Origin: Takakia lepidozioides
Lineage: Eukaryota; Plantae; Bryophyta
Direction: 5' to 3'
DNA: 64,000 nt
Assembly: GCA_030704615.1 (NCBI GenBank)
Contig: CM060731.1
Span: 61,938,001 to 62,002,000 of the forward strand
The notes under the pieces are model-generated. The model was not told the DNA's origin. It searched no databases and worked only from the letters and a program-made list of their open reading frames with translations. Of the stretch, positions 1-13,200 are shown in pieces; position 1 is the stretch's first letter, and every line of letters begins with the position of its first letter. The position numbers and the translations under genes were made by a program.

Positions 1-3000
1 CCAGGAGAGAAATCGTTGATCTCTCCAGTTGTCATTTTGCAGGTCTCCCCCCTCCACTTTTCCTTTTTCTCACTTTCTCTCTGTTTGTGGCCTCTCTTAT
101 TTACAGTGTGACCGTCAGTGCAACCACGCCCACACATGTCACTCTTATGTTTTGGTGGAGATATATGCTAGGAGTGCTGGAATCCACATCGTGCTTTCTA
201 CATGAGTCAATGGCATCCCTTTGACCAGTTTGTTGTTGGATAGGTGGGAACTCCGTGGCATGTTGGGTAGAGTCTCTTGAATCGCTAGTATCCTGGAAGA
301 TGGGGGATATGCCTCAAGGGTATGTGATAGACAATGGTCAGATAGAATGTCTGTGTGTGTGTGTGTGGATGTCCACAAACTTCAATGAATACATTCTCTT
401 TGGATGTCCATTCTCTCTGCTGTGGTTCCATGCCCTCATTCATGTTCTAATGATTCATTCTTTCATCATTCGTTATTTCCCTCCCTAGGGTCTAGGTTGT
501 TACCATGTCCATCCTCCTACCAGATCCATGAGGATTTTCAATTCATTTTGTTTCAGAATTTTCATTCTAGACTACAATTTTGCTTTTATTTGTCTGGTGT
601 CTTACTCATTCGACTATCATGTTGGGTCAATGCTTGGCTTCATCTGATTGCACACATCTGAAGGTTGGTTGTACTCATGGCTGCACTTCCTTCCTCTCAT
701 GATAAAAACAGTGGATGGTTTGTGTGAATCCAGGCAGCACGTGCAAATTATCTGCTTGCGGTACCTGCCTTTTTATATGCCATCAACAATTACCTCAAGT
801 TTATTATGCAGGTACTATTTTCCTCATCCAGTAGTAGGTCATGATGCCTGGTATTTAATGAGGGCTTCTTTCTTCATGACTCTTAACAATCAATCCTAGA
901 TTTAAGTGAAGTACACTTTTCCACTGACCTTGACAGATTTGGTGTGTGGTTGCAGTTATATTTCAATCCTGCGACTGTGAAGATGCTTAGTAATTTGAAG
1001 GTAGGGCCCTCTGCCTGCAAATTCTGCTCCAACTCTACCATTAATGAATGTATTACCACGGTTATCTTATGGACAAACTCATAGCCATTGGATGATGTCT
1101 GTCCATCAGTAGGACTTTCGGCAAACCTGGCTAGACATGGTATTTAAGAAATGGTGACCTGATGAGCATTGCGTGCGGTGAGGATCTAATGTGTAGGAAG
1201 CTGTCACTGCTGGTTGATCCTTCCAGTTTGGTCATGAGCTACCCATTGGCTAGCTAAAAGAGGTTGACAGGGAGGCCAGGGGAGAAGGAATGGGGCTTGT
1301 GCTGATGATTTTGTCTGATTGCTGTTGCAGGTGTTGACAATAGCACTACTGTTGAAGGCAGTTATGAAGCGACGATTTTCTGTAATGCAGGTCTGTTTTT
1401 CATACTTGTGTTCCTTCCTTCTGCTTACGTCTTTCAATTTGGATTTTAATATGTACTGATCTTTTCATGATGCCTGTGCGATCGCAGTGGGAAGCACTGG
1501 TGCTATTGCTCATAGGCATAAGTGTGAACCAGCTGCACACAACTGCAGCTGGAACGACAATGCTTGGTGGTACTATTGCGACGGCAGCATATGTGTACAC
1601 CCTCATCTTTGTGAGTGTTATTCTACTTCCTGCAAGAGATGCCTAGTGTTAGACACATTCTTTGGGTCTATAAGGGGACCTCTTTGGGTCAGATGTCCAC
1701 AATAGCCCTACGTTCACCTGCTTACTGGCTGCGGCCAACAATTGAACCATTATCCCATTGCCGTTTTCCTGGCATATGACTTCTATTGAATTTCGAATAG
1801 CTTAACAGTGTGGGTGGGACATGCAAAGCTCACTCTAGATGTTTCAACTTCGAGTTGTGTTGGGTATCACATGGCAGGTGACAGTTCCTTCATTGGCTTC
1901 TGTTTACAATGAGTATGCACTCAAGAGCCAGTTTGAGACTAGCGTCCACCTTCAGGTCTCTCTCTCTCTTGCATTCTCATGGGCCCTTGGGCCCTCCCTG
2001 TGGATGTTCTCAAATTTTTTTCTTTCCTTCTTGCTTTCTCAGTTCTCTGGGCCTGATTCTTTCTAAAAATGGGATGTGGTTTAAGAGCTGTGTCAGTTCC
2101 TAATTCAGATTGCTACACAAGTGGGAGAAGCTTATTCTGCAAGTTCAATCTCTGACTGCATCTCAGTTTCAAAGGATGTACACTCTTGGGTTTCTGTTTA
2201 CCTCTAATTTGTGATGGTTTACTAAGGATGTTTGTTTCAAAATGCAGAATCTATTTTTGTACGGGTATGGTGCGCTCTTCAATTTTATTGCAATAATTTT
2301 TACGACTCTCTACCATGGTATACAAATGCTTCCCTCTCCTCACTAAACCCCAACTGTGAAGGAGCTTTTGGACTACAGTAAGTGAAATGAATATGAGAGA
2401 ATGATATTTGAGCAAAAAACATTTACTAGGACAAGAAGGTGAGAGTCTTGAACGGCTGGCGATGGGGTGGGGTAGGTGGAAATGGCTTTAACATTCTGGA
2501 GGGCCATTCCAATGCCACAATGTTCCTTATCCTCAACAACGCTGCCCAGGGTATCCTGTCCTCATTTTTCTTCAAGTATGCAGGTAAAGTGACGTGTCTA
2601 TATCTTCTCTCTCTATAAGATGCAAGCAAAAAAAATCAAAGTGCTCACTTTCATGTGTCTCATGCAATGGTGAAGTATTTACAGTTTCCTTTGTATCTCT
2701 AGCTGAAGTAAATTATGGATTATTTGGTGGTTTGTTTCTCTCTTGATTCAACTCACGAAAGGAGTTCTCCAAGATGAACATTTCACAGCATAATTGTCAT
2801 GTGCGTATTCACAGACACGATACTGAAGAAATACTCATCAACAGTGGCCACCATATTCACGGGCCTGGCATCTGCAGCATTGTTTGGCCACACACTCACC
2901 ATCAATTTTGTGCTAGGTGTCTCGATTGTTTTCATCTCCATGCACCAGGTTTGCTCTTCGTTCTCATTCAAAGGGTGGTGGATCCTAGATCAAATTGTAG

Positions 3001-4494
3001 AATCGTTTTGTGATCAAATCAAAACGTAACACTCACACTATTGCATGCTTCAGCTTTCCTCGGTCTGATGTGTCAATGATATATGAATGAGCTTTCAAGA
3101 GGAAAGACTGTACTCAGGGCACTAAATCTATACTGTATGTGGCGCTGTATTCAAATCCACAATGTGTTCTGATTGAGATTATGCTACGTATTCCCCCCTC
3201 CTTCAAGCAGGAGTATCAAGCCATAGTCAGATATCTAGAAGGCTTCTCGATTTCTCGGGGAAGCCAGATTCAGAAATACTAATGCTAGCTGGCCTTCCCA
3301 CATGAGGTAGTAAATCCATTTGGTCGCTGGATTGGGGTACTGAAGATGATGGTGGGCCTTGCTGGCATCATTTTCTTTTATCCGTGTAACATATGGTGGT
3401 TTCGAATCAACCAATGATTGCAACACCATAGAAGGCTGCCATTTGCTAGAACTTGTGTCATCTATGTTCTCAGTTCAGCTTTACCAAAAGTTCAATAGTA
3501 GGAGTCAACAGCATAAGAGTTTTGAAAAAGGTTGCTACATGGGTCACTTGTATTGCCGCAGTTTTTCTCGTCCCTCTCAAAGCCAAGTAAGGATGCTGAA
3601 GAAAATGCCAACACGCTGGAGCCCTCTGGCAAGAAGCTCAAGTATGTGCTTTACATTCTCTCTCTTTAAGTGTGGTCTTGGAAAAGGGCAATTGGGTAGA
3701 GGCAGCAGGCTTAATGGAGCAAGGAAACAACAAAAGTTATGTTTGCTTTTGCCATAATTCTCCTTTATTGGTGATGGTTGATCTTGGGTTTCAATGCTTT
3801 GAAGCCCAAATTCACTGTTGGGGTTTTCTGTGCTGACATTGCAGCAAGAAGGATTCGTCATTGGTCAACATGGCTGCTGCCGCATCTGAGGATGTGAGTC
3901 CACTTCCTTGAGTGTGTTCTACTGAACATATATCAGTAAAAAGTCATGCCCGCTGCAGTTTGAATGCAGCCTTAACTAGTCGCATAATGAAATTGCACTC
4001 TTTGGATTATGAACCTAAAGTGAAAAGATAAGGCAGTTGATATGGTTGATGGTAAGTGTGGAAAGACGAATGGAATGCTTTCTGGCTCTTTATAAGGAAT
4101 GTTGGGAGCACTCTTTTACAAGGTCAACACTGAACACAGCAAAATGGTACAAAAGTTCAGGCTAATATCAAGCTCACAGTACAGCTGCATGGCACATGAG
4201 AGAAAGAACAGGAGAGGCAGATTTGAAAAGCAGGACGGTCATGATCTGAAGGGGTTCATCCCCTTGACCAGGTGAAGTCTTAGGGGGCTGGTGGTTCTGG
4301 CCTGCTGGATCATCCCCATAATTGCACTTAGGAATCATATAAGTTGCATTGGGAAGGGTACTCTGAGTAAGTATTTGCTGTATGAAGTTACCCTGCACAT
4401 TGCTGACTGTACACCTGGGACGGGATTGTGGCGGTTGCAGGCAAACCACAACATTGGAATCCTCAAGGAGAGAGAACCTCTCCTTCCTAAATAG
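1..4494 (+). CDS. CMP-sialic acid / nucleotide-sugar transporter-like protein (SLC35A family, Arabidopsis UTR6/CSTLP-like), 5' end outside window; exons <1-42, 734-811, 956-1000, 1331-1390, 1488-1610, 1878-1955, 2248-2317, 2476-2583, 2815-2948, 3562-3641, 3845-3893, 4441-4494
   Basis: GT-AG bounded exons join in phase to give ...[44 protein letters not shown]...[39 protein letters not shown]...[33 protein letters not shown]...EREPLLPK*, which I recognise as the plant CMP-sialic acid transporter-like family; no stops or frameshifts seen. Confidence 0.92.
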
Positions 4495-5531
4495 GTCATG
4501 TTCAGCTTAATGACATTTTCTACTTTGCTTAATGCAGTCTTAGATGTAGCATGTGTATAAGTAAGTCTGCCATCCCCGTATGGGGTGTTAACCATATTCA
4601 TTGTGTGCAAAGCCAAGCTTATCGCGCTTGACCCATTTATGACTTCTTATCTCAATAAGAAGAGTGAGCTGCTCTGCTGGAGCCGAGCTGCATCAGAAAT
4701 TTTGCGGAGGAAATGTTGCTGGGTACCTTGTGGATGTGGGAGTGAAGACTTCCTGAAAAAGTACTAAGGAAAAAAGACAGATGCTTTGATGAAACGCCGC
4801 TCGAAGTAGTGTGGCTGTAGACCATTAAAATGGCCGGCCTTATTAGACACTGCTTGACATATCCTTGTGGCCGTAGACACCATCCATAGTCCAGAGGGGC
4901 ACAGAAGTTGTGGGCAAAGGGTGGGGGTAGACATCAGCTTAGAGGAAGAGAGTCTGTAATGAGACTGACCAGCCCTGTGAATGTCAGTGGTAGAGACATG
5001 AAGTTATCTGACCTGTAGTTTACCAAAGATGAGCGGAGAAGTGGAATTCTGTGGCTTTTACACACAAATGTACTCAGTGTTGCAACTTTTTCCATTTTTT
5101 ATGTCTAACCTTTTGGACTTTCTCAATTTCTCTCGGGCTAGATGTGTTCTGAAGGGAATGTTAATAGCAGCTGATGTCATGCTACCCTTGCTGAGGTTTC
5201 TCATAGGGGGGCTTATTTTGCTACAATTGGAGCACTGAGAATACAGACAACAGGGAACTTCAAACTTAAGACAGGTGAGGTGTATGACATGAGCACTGAG
5301 AGTTGTGTTTTTTGTTTGGATCACTGATAACGCTTGACACTGGAAGAAAGGTTGAACTCGCATGTCGGCTGGCGTTGCATTTTGTGCTTCCAGAGCTTCT
5401 GCCTTATCCGGCTGTGGGGCACAGGGAGGCAGCGAATCTTTTCTGGACTACAGGATACACACATGAATGGGACCATTGTGGGGTTTGCATAACTAGAATC
5501 TAAATCACCATTTTCACCAAAGCTGCAGTGC
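957..5531 (+). repeat. Segmental duplication, copy A (copy B at 17175-~21800)
   Basis: Exons, introns and about 1 kb of 3' flank align colinearly with 17175-21800; homology ends just before the MITE-like element at 5536. Confidence 0.95.
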
Positions 5532-5535
5532 ACAC

Positions 5536-6345
5536 CAGTGTTGGGCGGGTATTACTTTTTCTAATACCAGCAGGGTCTGGGTATTGAAAAGAAATTAATT
5601 TTACCAGCCGGTTAGCAGTATTGAAATATTCCTTAATTTTAATACCCGCCGGTTCTCAATGGTAGTATGATAATCAATTTGCGGACGGGTATCAATAGGA
5701 TGGGTATTCCAATCTGATACCAGCCGGTTATCAACTCGGGTATAAATAATAAAAATTTAAGAAACCCCTAAATCGTCAATACGTATTGAATCTAGAAGTT
5801 TTCAGTTGATTTCACAAAGAGAAGCAATCTTAGTTAAAAGAAGACTGATTGCAACCACATAAGACACCACCAACAGTTAGCTCAGTTGGTAAAGTGCACT
5901 AAGTGCCATCTGGTCAAATCCTACTACTTGACGGGTGTGGTACGCTCTTCTCCCCCTTCCCTGCACAGTGTCGCATCGGAAAGCCTTACAGCGAGGTTAC
6001 TGAGAGGTTATTTTCTCCTCTCTCTATCAAGGGGCCTGATTTGTGAGCTGTCGCTCCCAGGTGTTTCCCTAAAAAAATTTATTAAAAAAAAAATACACCC
6101 TACATGTGCTAAAAAAAATAAAGAATATGAGGCAGGCCCGCCCTACATGTGGTAAGAAATGAAGCATGGTGGCGGCCCTTGGGGCTGGACATGCCCTCCC
6201 TGACATGTGCACCCTCTTACCCTAACTCACCCAGCCAATTTTCTATTCATACCACGGTATAGTCCTTGTTTTTGCCCATAATACGGGTATGTACCCGGGT
6301 ATTGCCTTGGCAATACCAGCCGGTCCGGTTATCAACCAGAGCCTG
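5536..6345. mobile_element. Non-autonomous hAT-like / MITE element
   Basis: Starts CAGTGTTGGG and ends CCAGAGCCTG (reverse complement matches internal CAGGGTCTGG at 5571, 9/10); many subterminal ATACCAGCCGG / CGGGTAT motifs; no clean TSD; absent from duplicate copy B. Confidence 0.5.
5872..6093 (+). mobile_element. tRNA-derived SINE nested in the MITE-like element
   Basis: Pol III A-box TAGCTCAGTTGG (~5878), degenerate B-box GGTCAAATCC (~5912), A-rich tail at ~6071-6093. Confidence 0.5.
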
Positions 6346-7431
6346 CAAAGATAGGAAAGTGTCTTTTTGTGTCTTATATCTGTTCTATGATCTTTCTTTG
6401 TCAACATAAAATTTCGTGGTGGTAACCGCAGCACACTTGGCTCCGAAGTATATCTGCTTGTTTTTACTTTTCCGCATGTTTCATATGTATGTGTCTGATT
6501 GCTTGGGAGACAAGGGGCATTGGTCAGGCACTGCTGACAGGCCCTGGACACCATGCCTATTGAAGGTTGTATGAGATGTGGCTGCCTCTCCTGAAACCAC
6601 TGTGTATTGTTGACAGCAGGCCTGGTGTTAGTTCCGGCTCATTTCAGGATACCTCTATGTGCATGCATATTTTTGGAAAAGGCTGATTAGTTTTTTCTTG
6701 CCAAAAACAGATACTAGATTTACTTGGGCTGGGGAGCAAATGTGAAGAAGGCGAGCTGCCCCAACGAAAGGCGGGCCACGTTCCTCCCCTGCTGGGGTCT
6801 ACCCCACCTCCTTGTACTCCTGTGCCTGATTTGATTGACACTCGGGAATTTGACTTTTCAACCGCCTCTAATGGATCACAGGTAGCATTTCTATCCATGA
6901 CATGTTCTCAGTGAGTGGATCCTCATGGAAGGGTGTTAGAAGATATGCAATAAATTTCTACTTGAAAGGTTAAAGTTTACTTTAGTTTCAGCAAGATTTG
7001 TTTCTGACCTCAAAGGGCTAACTGTCATCAACCTCACGGATACTGTTATTATTATTATTATTACTTGATATATACTGTACAGGGGACCGAGGCCTGACGA
7101 ATTTTATTTATAAAGGCGAGGAAAAAATAACCTTAGAAAAGGCCCTGGAGTTTAATGCGAGCCCAAGGGTCTTGCCTACGTGGCAGGATGCCGTGTGCAA
7201 CTAGTTTGCTTATAATACCAATTGGTTCTACAATGTGATGGAAGCGGTAGCACATGTATCGATAATGGCTCTGCATTAGGCAAAGAAAATGTTCATAATA
7301 CAGTGTGCAAGCTATGTTGCTGCAGTAGAAATTTGACAGTGGCACTGAAAGAGAAAAGATGTAAGCCCAAAATCAATGTTCTGGAACTACACAGTGACTG
7401 ACTACAGATTCATGTGATCCTCTCTGCTCAG

Positions 7432-7693
7432 GACCCCGTTCAACAGGTGTGGCCGCCCCTAAATGACAAACGGAAACCACCCGGAGATGTGGTCTTCTTC
7501 CATGGACTCCACTTTGTAATGTTCAGAAGGAAACATGGGTGGAGCGTGATAATCACAAACTATGTTGGCCAAAGGAGTGGATGCGGAAGGACTTGCGAGG
7601 AAGTGTGCTTGTGCTGCTGGTGTCATATGTTGCGAATGATTCACACCAAGACCTGGACGGCATCGGCAGGAATTTGCAGCAGGGCTTAGTCAA
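7432..7693 (+). pseudogene. SERAC1-like alpha/beta-hydrolase domain fragment, as found N-terminally in bryophyte hydrolase-NBS-LRR-type proteins
   Basis: DVVFFHGL then, after one frameshift, KETWVERDNHKLCWPKEWMRKDLRGSVLVLLVSY...IGRNLQQGLV ending at a GT donor; matches the FFHGL / TW / CWPxxW / DL / SY motif series of this family. Confidence 0.55.
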
Positions 7694-8115
7694 GTAAATC
7701 TTTGTACTTCCATGAATCATATCTATACTTTGACAAAGTTCCAGCTTTTCAGGTTATCGAAAATGGCCCCTTTCTGACTTGACTTGGGTGCGAAATTCGG
7801 AATGTGACATTAGGCAGAATTTTTATCCTAGCTTATAGTTTGCCAGAACGTTGACTGACAGATATTGGCAGGAACTGTCAGAAGAGTTTCAACAACTAAA
7901 ACATCAAATTACTACCTTAATATCTGGAGGGCTGCACCCTTTTCAGTGAGCTTAAGTACTCAGATTCAGCACTCAGATTTTGTAATGCCACTTGCCGGAT
8001 TTTGGATCCTAGCTCATATCCTTTTATCTCTTTATCATGCTGTGCAGCTCACTTCTATATTCCAGCTTTGGATGGCAAAAACCAATTGTTCTTGTTGGCC
8101 ATGGCCATGGCTAAA

Positions 8116-8790
8116 GCTGGAATTATACCATATGTCATTCTGAACAAAGCCCTGCCAGACATGTATGGCAAATGCAAGCTGACAGCCCTGGAGAAGGGGG
8201 GAAGAGGTTCATGGGGACATCGTTGAAGCTGGAATTGTGGAAGATGTCATTCTGAACACTGCCCTGATGGACAAGTATGTCAAATCGGAGGCGGCAACCC
8301 TGGAGAAGGGGAAAGAGGTCCGTGGTGACATTGCCGAAGTTGGAATTGTACCAGATGTCATTCTGAGCACCACCCTGCTAGACAAGTATGCGAAATGGGA
8401 GTTGGCACCCCTGGAGAAGGGGGAAAGAGGTCCATGGGAACATCATCAAATCTGGAATTGTGCAAGATGTCATTATAAACACTGCCCTGATGGACATGTA
8501 TGCTGAATGCGAGGCGACAGTCCTGGAGAAGGAGAAAGAGGTCCATGGTGACATTGCAGAATTTGGAATTGTGGCAAATGTCATTTTGAACACCAATCTG
8601 CTGGACAAGTATACCGAATGGGAGTCGGCAGCCTTGGAGAAGGGAAAAGAGGTCCGTGGTGACCTTGTAAAGCTCAAATTATACTAGATGTCATCTTGTA
8701 CATTGCCCTGCTAGACATGTATGCCAAATGCAAGCCGACAGCCCTGGAGAAGGGGGGAAGAGGTCCATGGGACATTTGTCAAGGCTGATT
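8116..8790 (+). pseudogene. Tandem array (~6 x 111 bp) of a hybrid PLS-PPR motif, frameshifted
   Basis: Units start at about 8116, 8228, 8339, 8451, 8562 and 8672; each encodes roughly AGIVPDVILNTALxDMYAKCExAALEKGKEVHGDIxK; unit lengths of 110-112 break the frame. Confidence 0.85.
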
Positions 8791-9614
8791 TGCGTATAAT
8801 ACCCTGTACCGTCCGGATTATAAAGAGGTGATTCATGCAGGTAGTTATGGTTGTAGCACGGGTTACTTGTTTTTGGAGCTGTCTTGTGGCGTTATTCATT
8901 CTTGTTGTGGGCTTGTAATGTCTCAAGTAGTTTACATACCAGGATATTTATCTAATTAGGTTCATACATCAATTTTGGTTGCCTCGTCTTCTGAAATTAG
9001 GGGACTTATACGGTAGAGTGATGATTGCAAAAATGCCACACTATTTGTAGGATTCCACACCAAAATAAAAATGTGTGAAGAGGTTATCTGTTTCTTTTGC
9101 TGCTCGAAATGTGATCACTCAGATATGTTTTGGTTCAGAGTGGGCACATGCAAAGCTATTTTCCTTCTCTGTCTGTCCTCCATCTATCTCTCTGCCATGA
9201 TGTGCTCCATACCAACTGAAGGTGCAGTCCATGGCAAAGTAATATCTAATATAAAAGATCCTCTTTTTGTGAGTAGGCTTAGAATTGGGTTCATGTTGAC
9301 AGGCAACAAACTATGCCTCTGGGTCTGGCCACTTGTTGCATTCCTAGATTTCTCAGGGCCAAGTGGACCACATGTGAGCACCAAAGGCATTAGACAAAAG
9401 ACTAGCAGCTAGAGCCACTGTGCACAAGGTGACTTTCTTCCCAACAAACGCAAAAGTTTCCACATCATCAGTCTGAATAATTTTCTGTGTGACCTCCAGA
9501 TCTAAGGACACAAGGATTCTAAAGAGGATATCAAAATCAAACATCCTAAACTGGGGTAGAAAACCCCTTGTGCACAATTCTTTCCTGCAGATATATGAAC
9601 ATTGTTGCATCCAT

Positions 9615-10209
9615 TGTCACGGACATAGCCCAGAGAAACTTACCAGGAGTAAATATCGGAAGTTACGAAGTTACCATGTTACCGAAAGTTTGTCATGATC
9701 TACCATGATCTATCATGATTTACCATTAGTTACCAAGTCACCGGGAGTTTACCTAATTATCGAGAGTAACTTGGGAAACTGCTTAGGAAGCTTCATTTGG
9801 AGAAAACTTCTTCATCAAGATGCCTCATTTGTTTAAGGAAACTTCTCCATTAAGAAACCTCATTTGGGGAAGCCTCTTAGGGAACCTCCTAGTAACCAGT
9901 ATATATAGAAGGTGAGACTGGACACTCTCAGTCTCGCCAACACCAGTTCAAGCTACTCTTGTTTCCACTCCAGTCTAGTTCCCAGTACTCTAGCCAAGTT
10001 TCCAGTATCTGGTACTCCAGTCCAGTTTCCAGCATACTAGTATTCAAGTCGCGTTCCAATATCTTATACTCTTGTTCATTGTTATAAAGATCGTCTTGAT
10101 TCCTATTTACTCATCATGCATTCAGCCACGCCGACCTTGACTTCTTGTCTAGTCTTGTACCTCTAGTCTGATATCTTGTTTGTGTTCAGTCATGTTTTCG
10201 TCCTTGACA
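9615..10209 (+). repeat. 5' LTR of the Gypsy element
   Basis: TG...CA termini, TATA at ~9899-9907, matches 15351-15919. Confidence 0.92.
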
Positions 10210-13200
10210 GTTTGACGAGACTAAAATTTGTTCCTTAGTTAGTTAAGATAGAAGGCACATTGCAGAAATAGTCGCCACATTGCAGAGTCTTCAGCTCCAG
10301 ATGCAAGAACTTCGTACGTCTACTACCCAACTACAAGTTGATCAGTCTCAAGATCTTGACAACGCTCTCAACAATTTGCAACAACAAATTTCAGAGTTGA
10401 AGGAGTCGAACAATGGATCTTCAATCTTACGAGTCCCTATTATAACAACTCCTACTGCAACGGTTCCTCCAAACCTTCAACAGATTACAAGGGAACCAAA
10501 GGTCAGCATGCCCGAGAAATTTGATGGGACAAGATCAAGATTTTGCAGTTTTGTTCAACAAGTACGATTGTTTCTATGACTACATCCACAACGCTACCCT
10601 GACGAAGGTATTCAAGTGGGATTCGTGGGCACCCTTCTATTAGACACTGCCATATTTTGGTTTGCACCGCTATTAGAGAACAAATTGCATTTCCCATATA
10701 ATTTTGAAGCGTTCATGTCCGAGTTCACTGCACGTTTGGAGAGAATGATAGAGAGAGTTGCAGAGACAAAGATGCGAAATCTTCGACAAGAAATACGTCC
10801 AGCTTCTGTTTATGCTACCGAATTTCGACAACTTGCGTGCGACCTCGACTGGAATTAGAAGAGCCTCATTAGTCAGTTTCGATATGGCATAAAAGAAGAT
10901 GTAAGAGATTTGTTGCTGACAATGCCAAACGTGAGTACACTGAGCGAATTCATCACCCAAGTCATTGCATGCGATAATCGTTTGTTCGAAAGACATCAAG
11001 AGAAACGATCTAGATGGTCGACGATGCACCATGCCGCTGCTACTACGACACCAAATATAATGATTCATCAAACATTCGGTAATGATCCTATTGATGTTGT
11101 CCGATTCAAGCCATTGACGCCACAAGAAAACAAAAACGGCGCTCGAATAGATTATGCCTTTATTGTAGAGAAGATGATCACATTGCATTAAACCCCCAAC
11201 AAGAGAAGATTCAAAGCTCGGGGCACAACTCAAGTGTTCGATACGAGGAGGTCGGAAAACGAAGATGTCCAGTCACAATAGGGACCATGCAGCTGGACAC
11301 CCCTAATTCCTTACCAAAAAAATGTCTTTTTCTACCTCCAGACCCTATACCTTGTTTCACAGTTCCAGTAAAGATCATGATGCAAAATCGAGATATCTCC
11401 GTAGAAGTATTTTTGGACTCGGACGCTTTAGCGTGTTTTATTGACAAAGACTTTGCGAAGCAACACAATTTAACGCTAAGAAAGAAATTCCCGGCCCCTG
11501 TTGAAGTCATCGATGGATGACCGTTAGCATTAGGAAATATTGACCATGAAACTCGACCCCTTGAAGTGAAGCTTAAAAATCAAGCATTACAGATTGTTTT
11601 TAATGTCATCCAGTCTCCAACGAATCCTGTGATCATTGGACTTCCTTGGTTTGTACTTCATAATCTTGACATCGACTGGCGATCACGAAAAATTTCGGCA
11701 AGACAAAAATGCAAAAGTACCAAAGGTATTCAACCCTTGTTTCTTGGAGCTAGAGCCTTCATGAGAGCTACGAAGAAAGACGCGACATTTGCACTTTATG
11801 TGACTCCGATCAAGACCATAACAGACCAAGGTACTTCGACATTATCCACTCAATATCAAGATTTCAAGGATGTCTTCGAGAAGAAAAATATAGACATGTT
11901 GCCAGAATATCGACATTATGATTGTGCAATTGAGTTGCAAGAAGGAGCTCAACCACCATTCGGTCCGATCTACAATTTATCTTAGACGGAGTTGGCTGTT
12001 TTACACGAATATATTAATGAAAATTTGTCAAAGAATTTCATTCGACATTCGAAATCACCCGTGGGAGCACCTATCTTATTTGTGAAGAAGAAGAACGGAT
12101 CGTTACGCACGTGTGTGGACTACCGTGGGCTCAACAAGTCACTATAAAAAATCGTTACCCACTACCGCTGATTTTCGGACTCCTCGAACAACTTGGACAA
12201 ACAATTTTTTTTCACAAAGATCGACTTAAGAGGAGTTTACAACCTTGTACGAATAAAAGAACAAGACGAATAGAAGACTATTTTTCGCACAAGGTACGGA
12301 CATTTCGAATATAGTGTTATGTTTTTCGGTCTTACAAATGCTCCAGCAATTTTTCAACACATGATGAATGACATCTTTCGAGAATTTTTAAATGACTTTG
12401 TAGTTATATATGTGGGCGACATTTTGATATTTTCACAGAATGAAGAAGAACATGGTCGCCATGTACGCCTTGTCCTTAATAAATTGAGAGAAAAAAGACT
12501 ATACGTCAAGTTGGAAAAATGTCTTTTCCACCAATCTAAAGTCGAATTTTTGGGCTACATTATTTCCGACTTTATGGATCAAAAGAAAATACAAACCATC
12601 ATCGAGTGGATTAAACCAACTTTGGTTCGAGATGTACAATGTTTTCTAGGATTTGCAAATTTTCTATAGAATCTTCATCAATGACTATTTCAAAATTTTC
12701 TGCACCATTGACACGACTCACATAGAAGGCCAAATTTGTATAGGACGAGAAGGCTGACCAAACATTTGAAAGGCCGAAGCAGACATTTACAACAGCTCCA
12801 ATACCGGTACATGCTAAACCGTTCTTTTTGGAAGCAGATGCATCGGACTTTGCACTTGGCGCAGTACTCTCTCAATACGGTACAGATGGCCGACTTCACC
12901 CTATAGATTTTCGTTCTCGCAAATTTTCCGCTGCGGAGATCAATTATGAAATCCATGACAAAGAACTTCAAGCGATTATCGATACTTTTGAGGAGTGACG
13001 TCATCTATTGGAGGGAGCTAAACATCAGGTCACTGTCTAAACCGATCACAAAAATCTCGAGTATTTTATGAGTGCTCGTGTTTTGAATTGACGTCAAGCG
13101 AGATTGAGTATGTCACTAGCAAAGTTTGATTTTGTTATTACCTACCGTCCCGAACATCTTCAAGGAAAACCAGATGCTCTTTCTTGACGATCGTGTCTTG

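Noticed and set aside
5872-5950. tRNA gene
   Set aside because: Only A/B-box remnants, no full cloverleaf, and the sequence continues into an A-tailed body, so it was called a SINE
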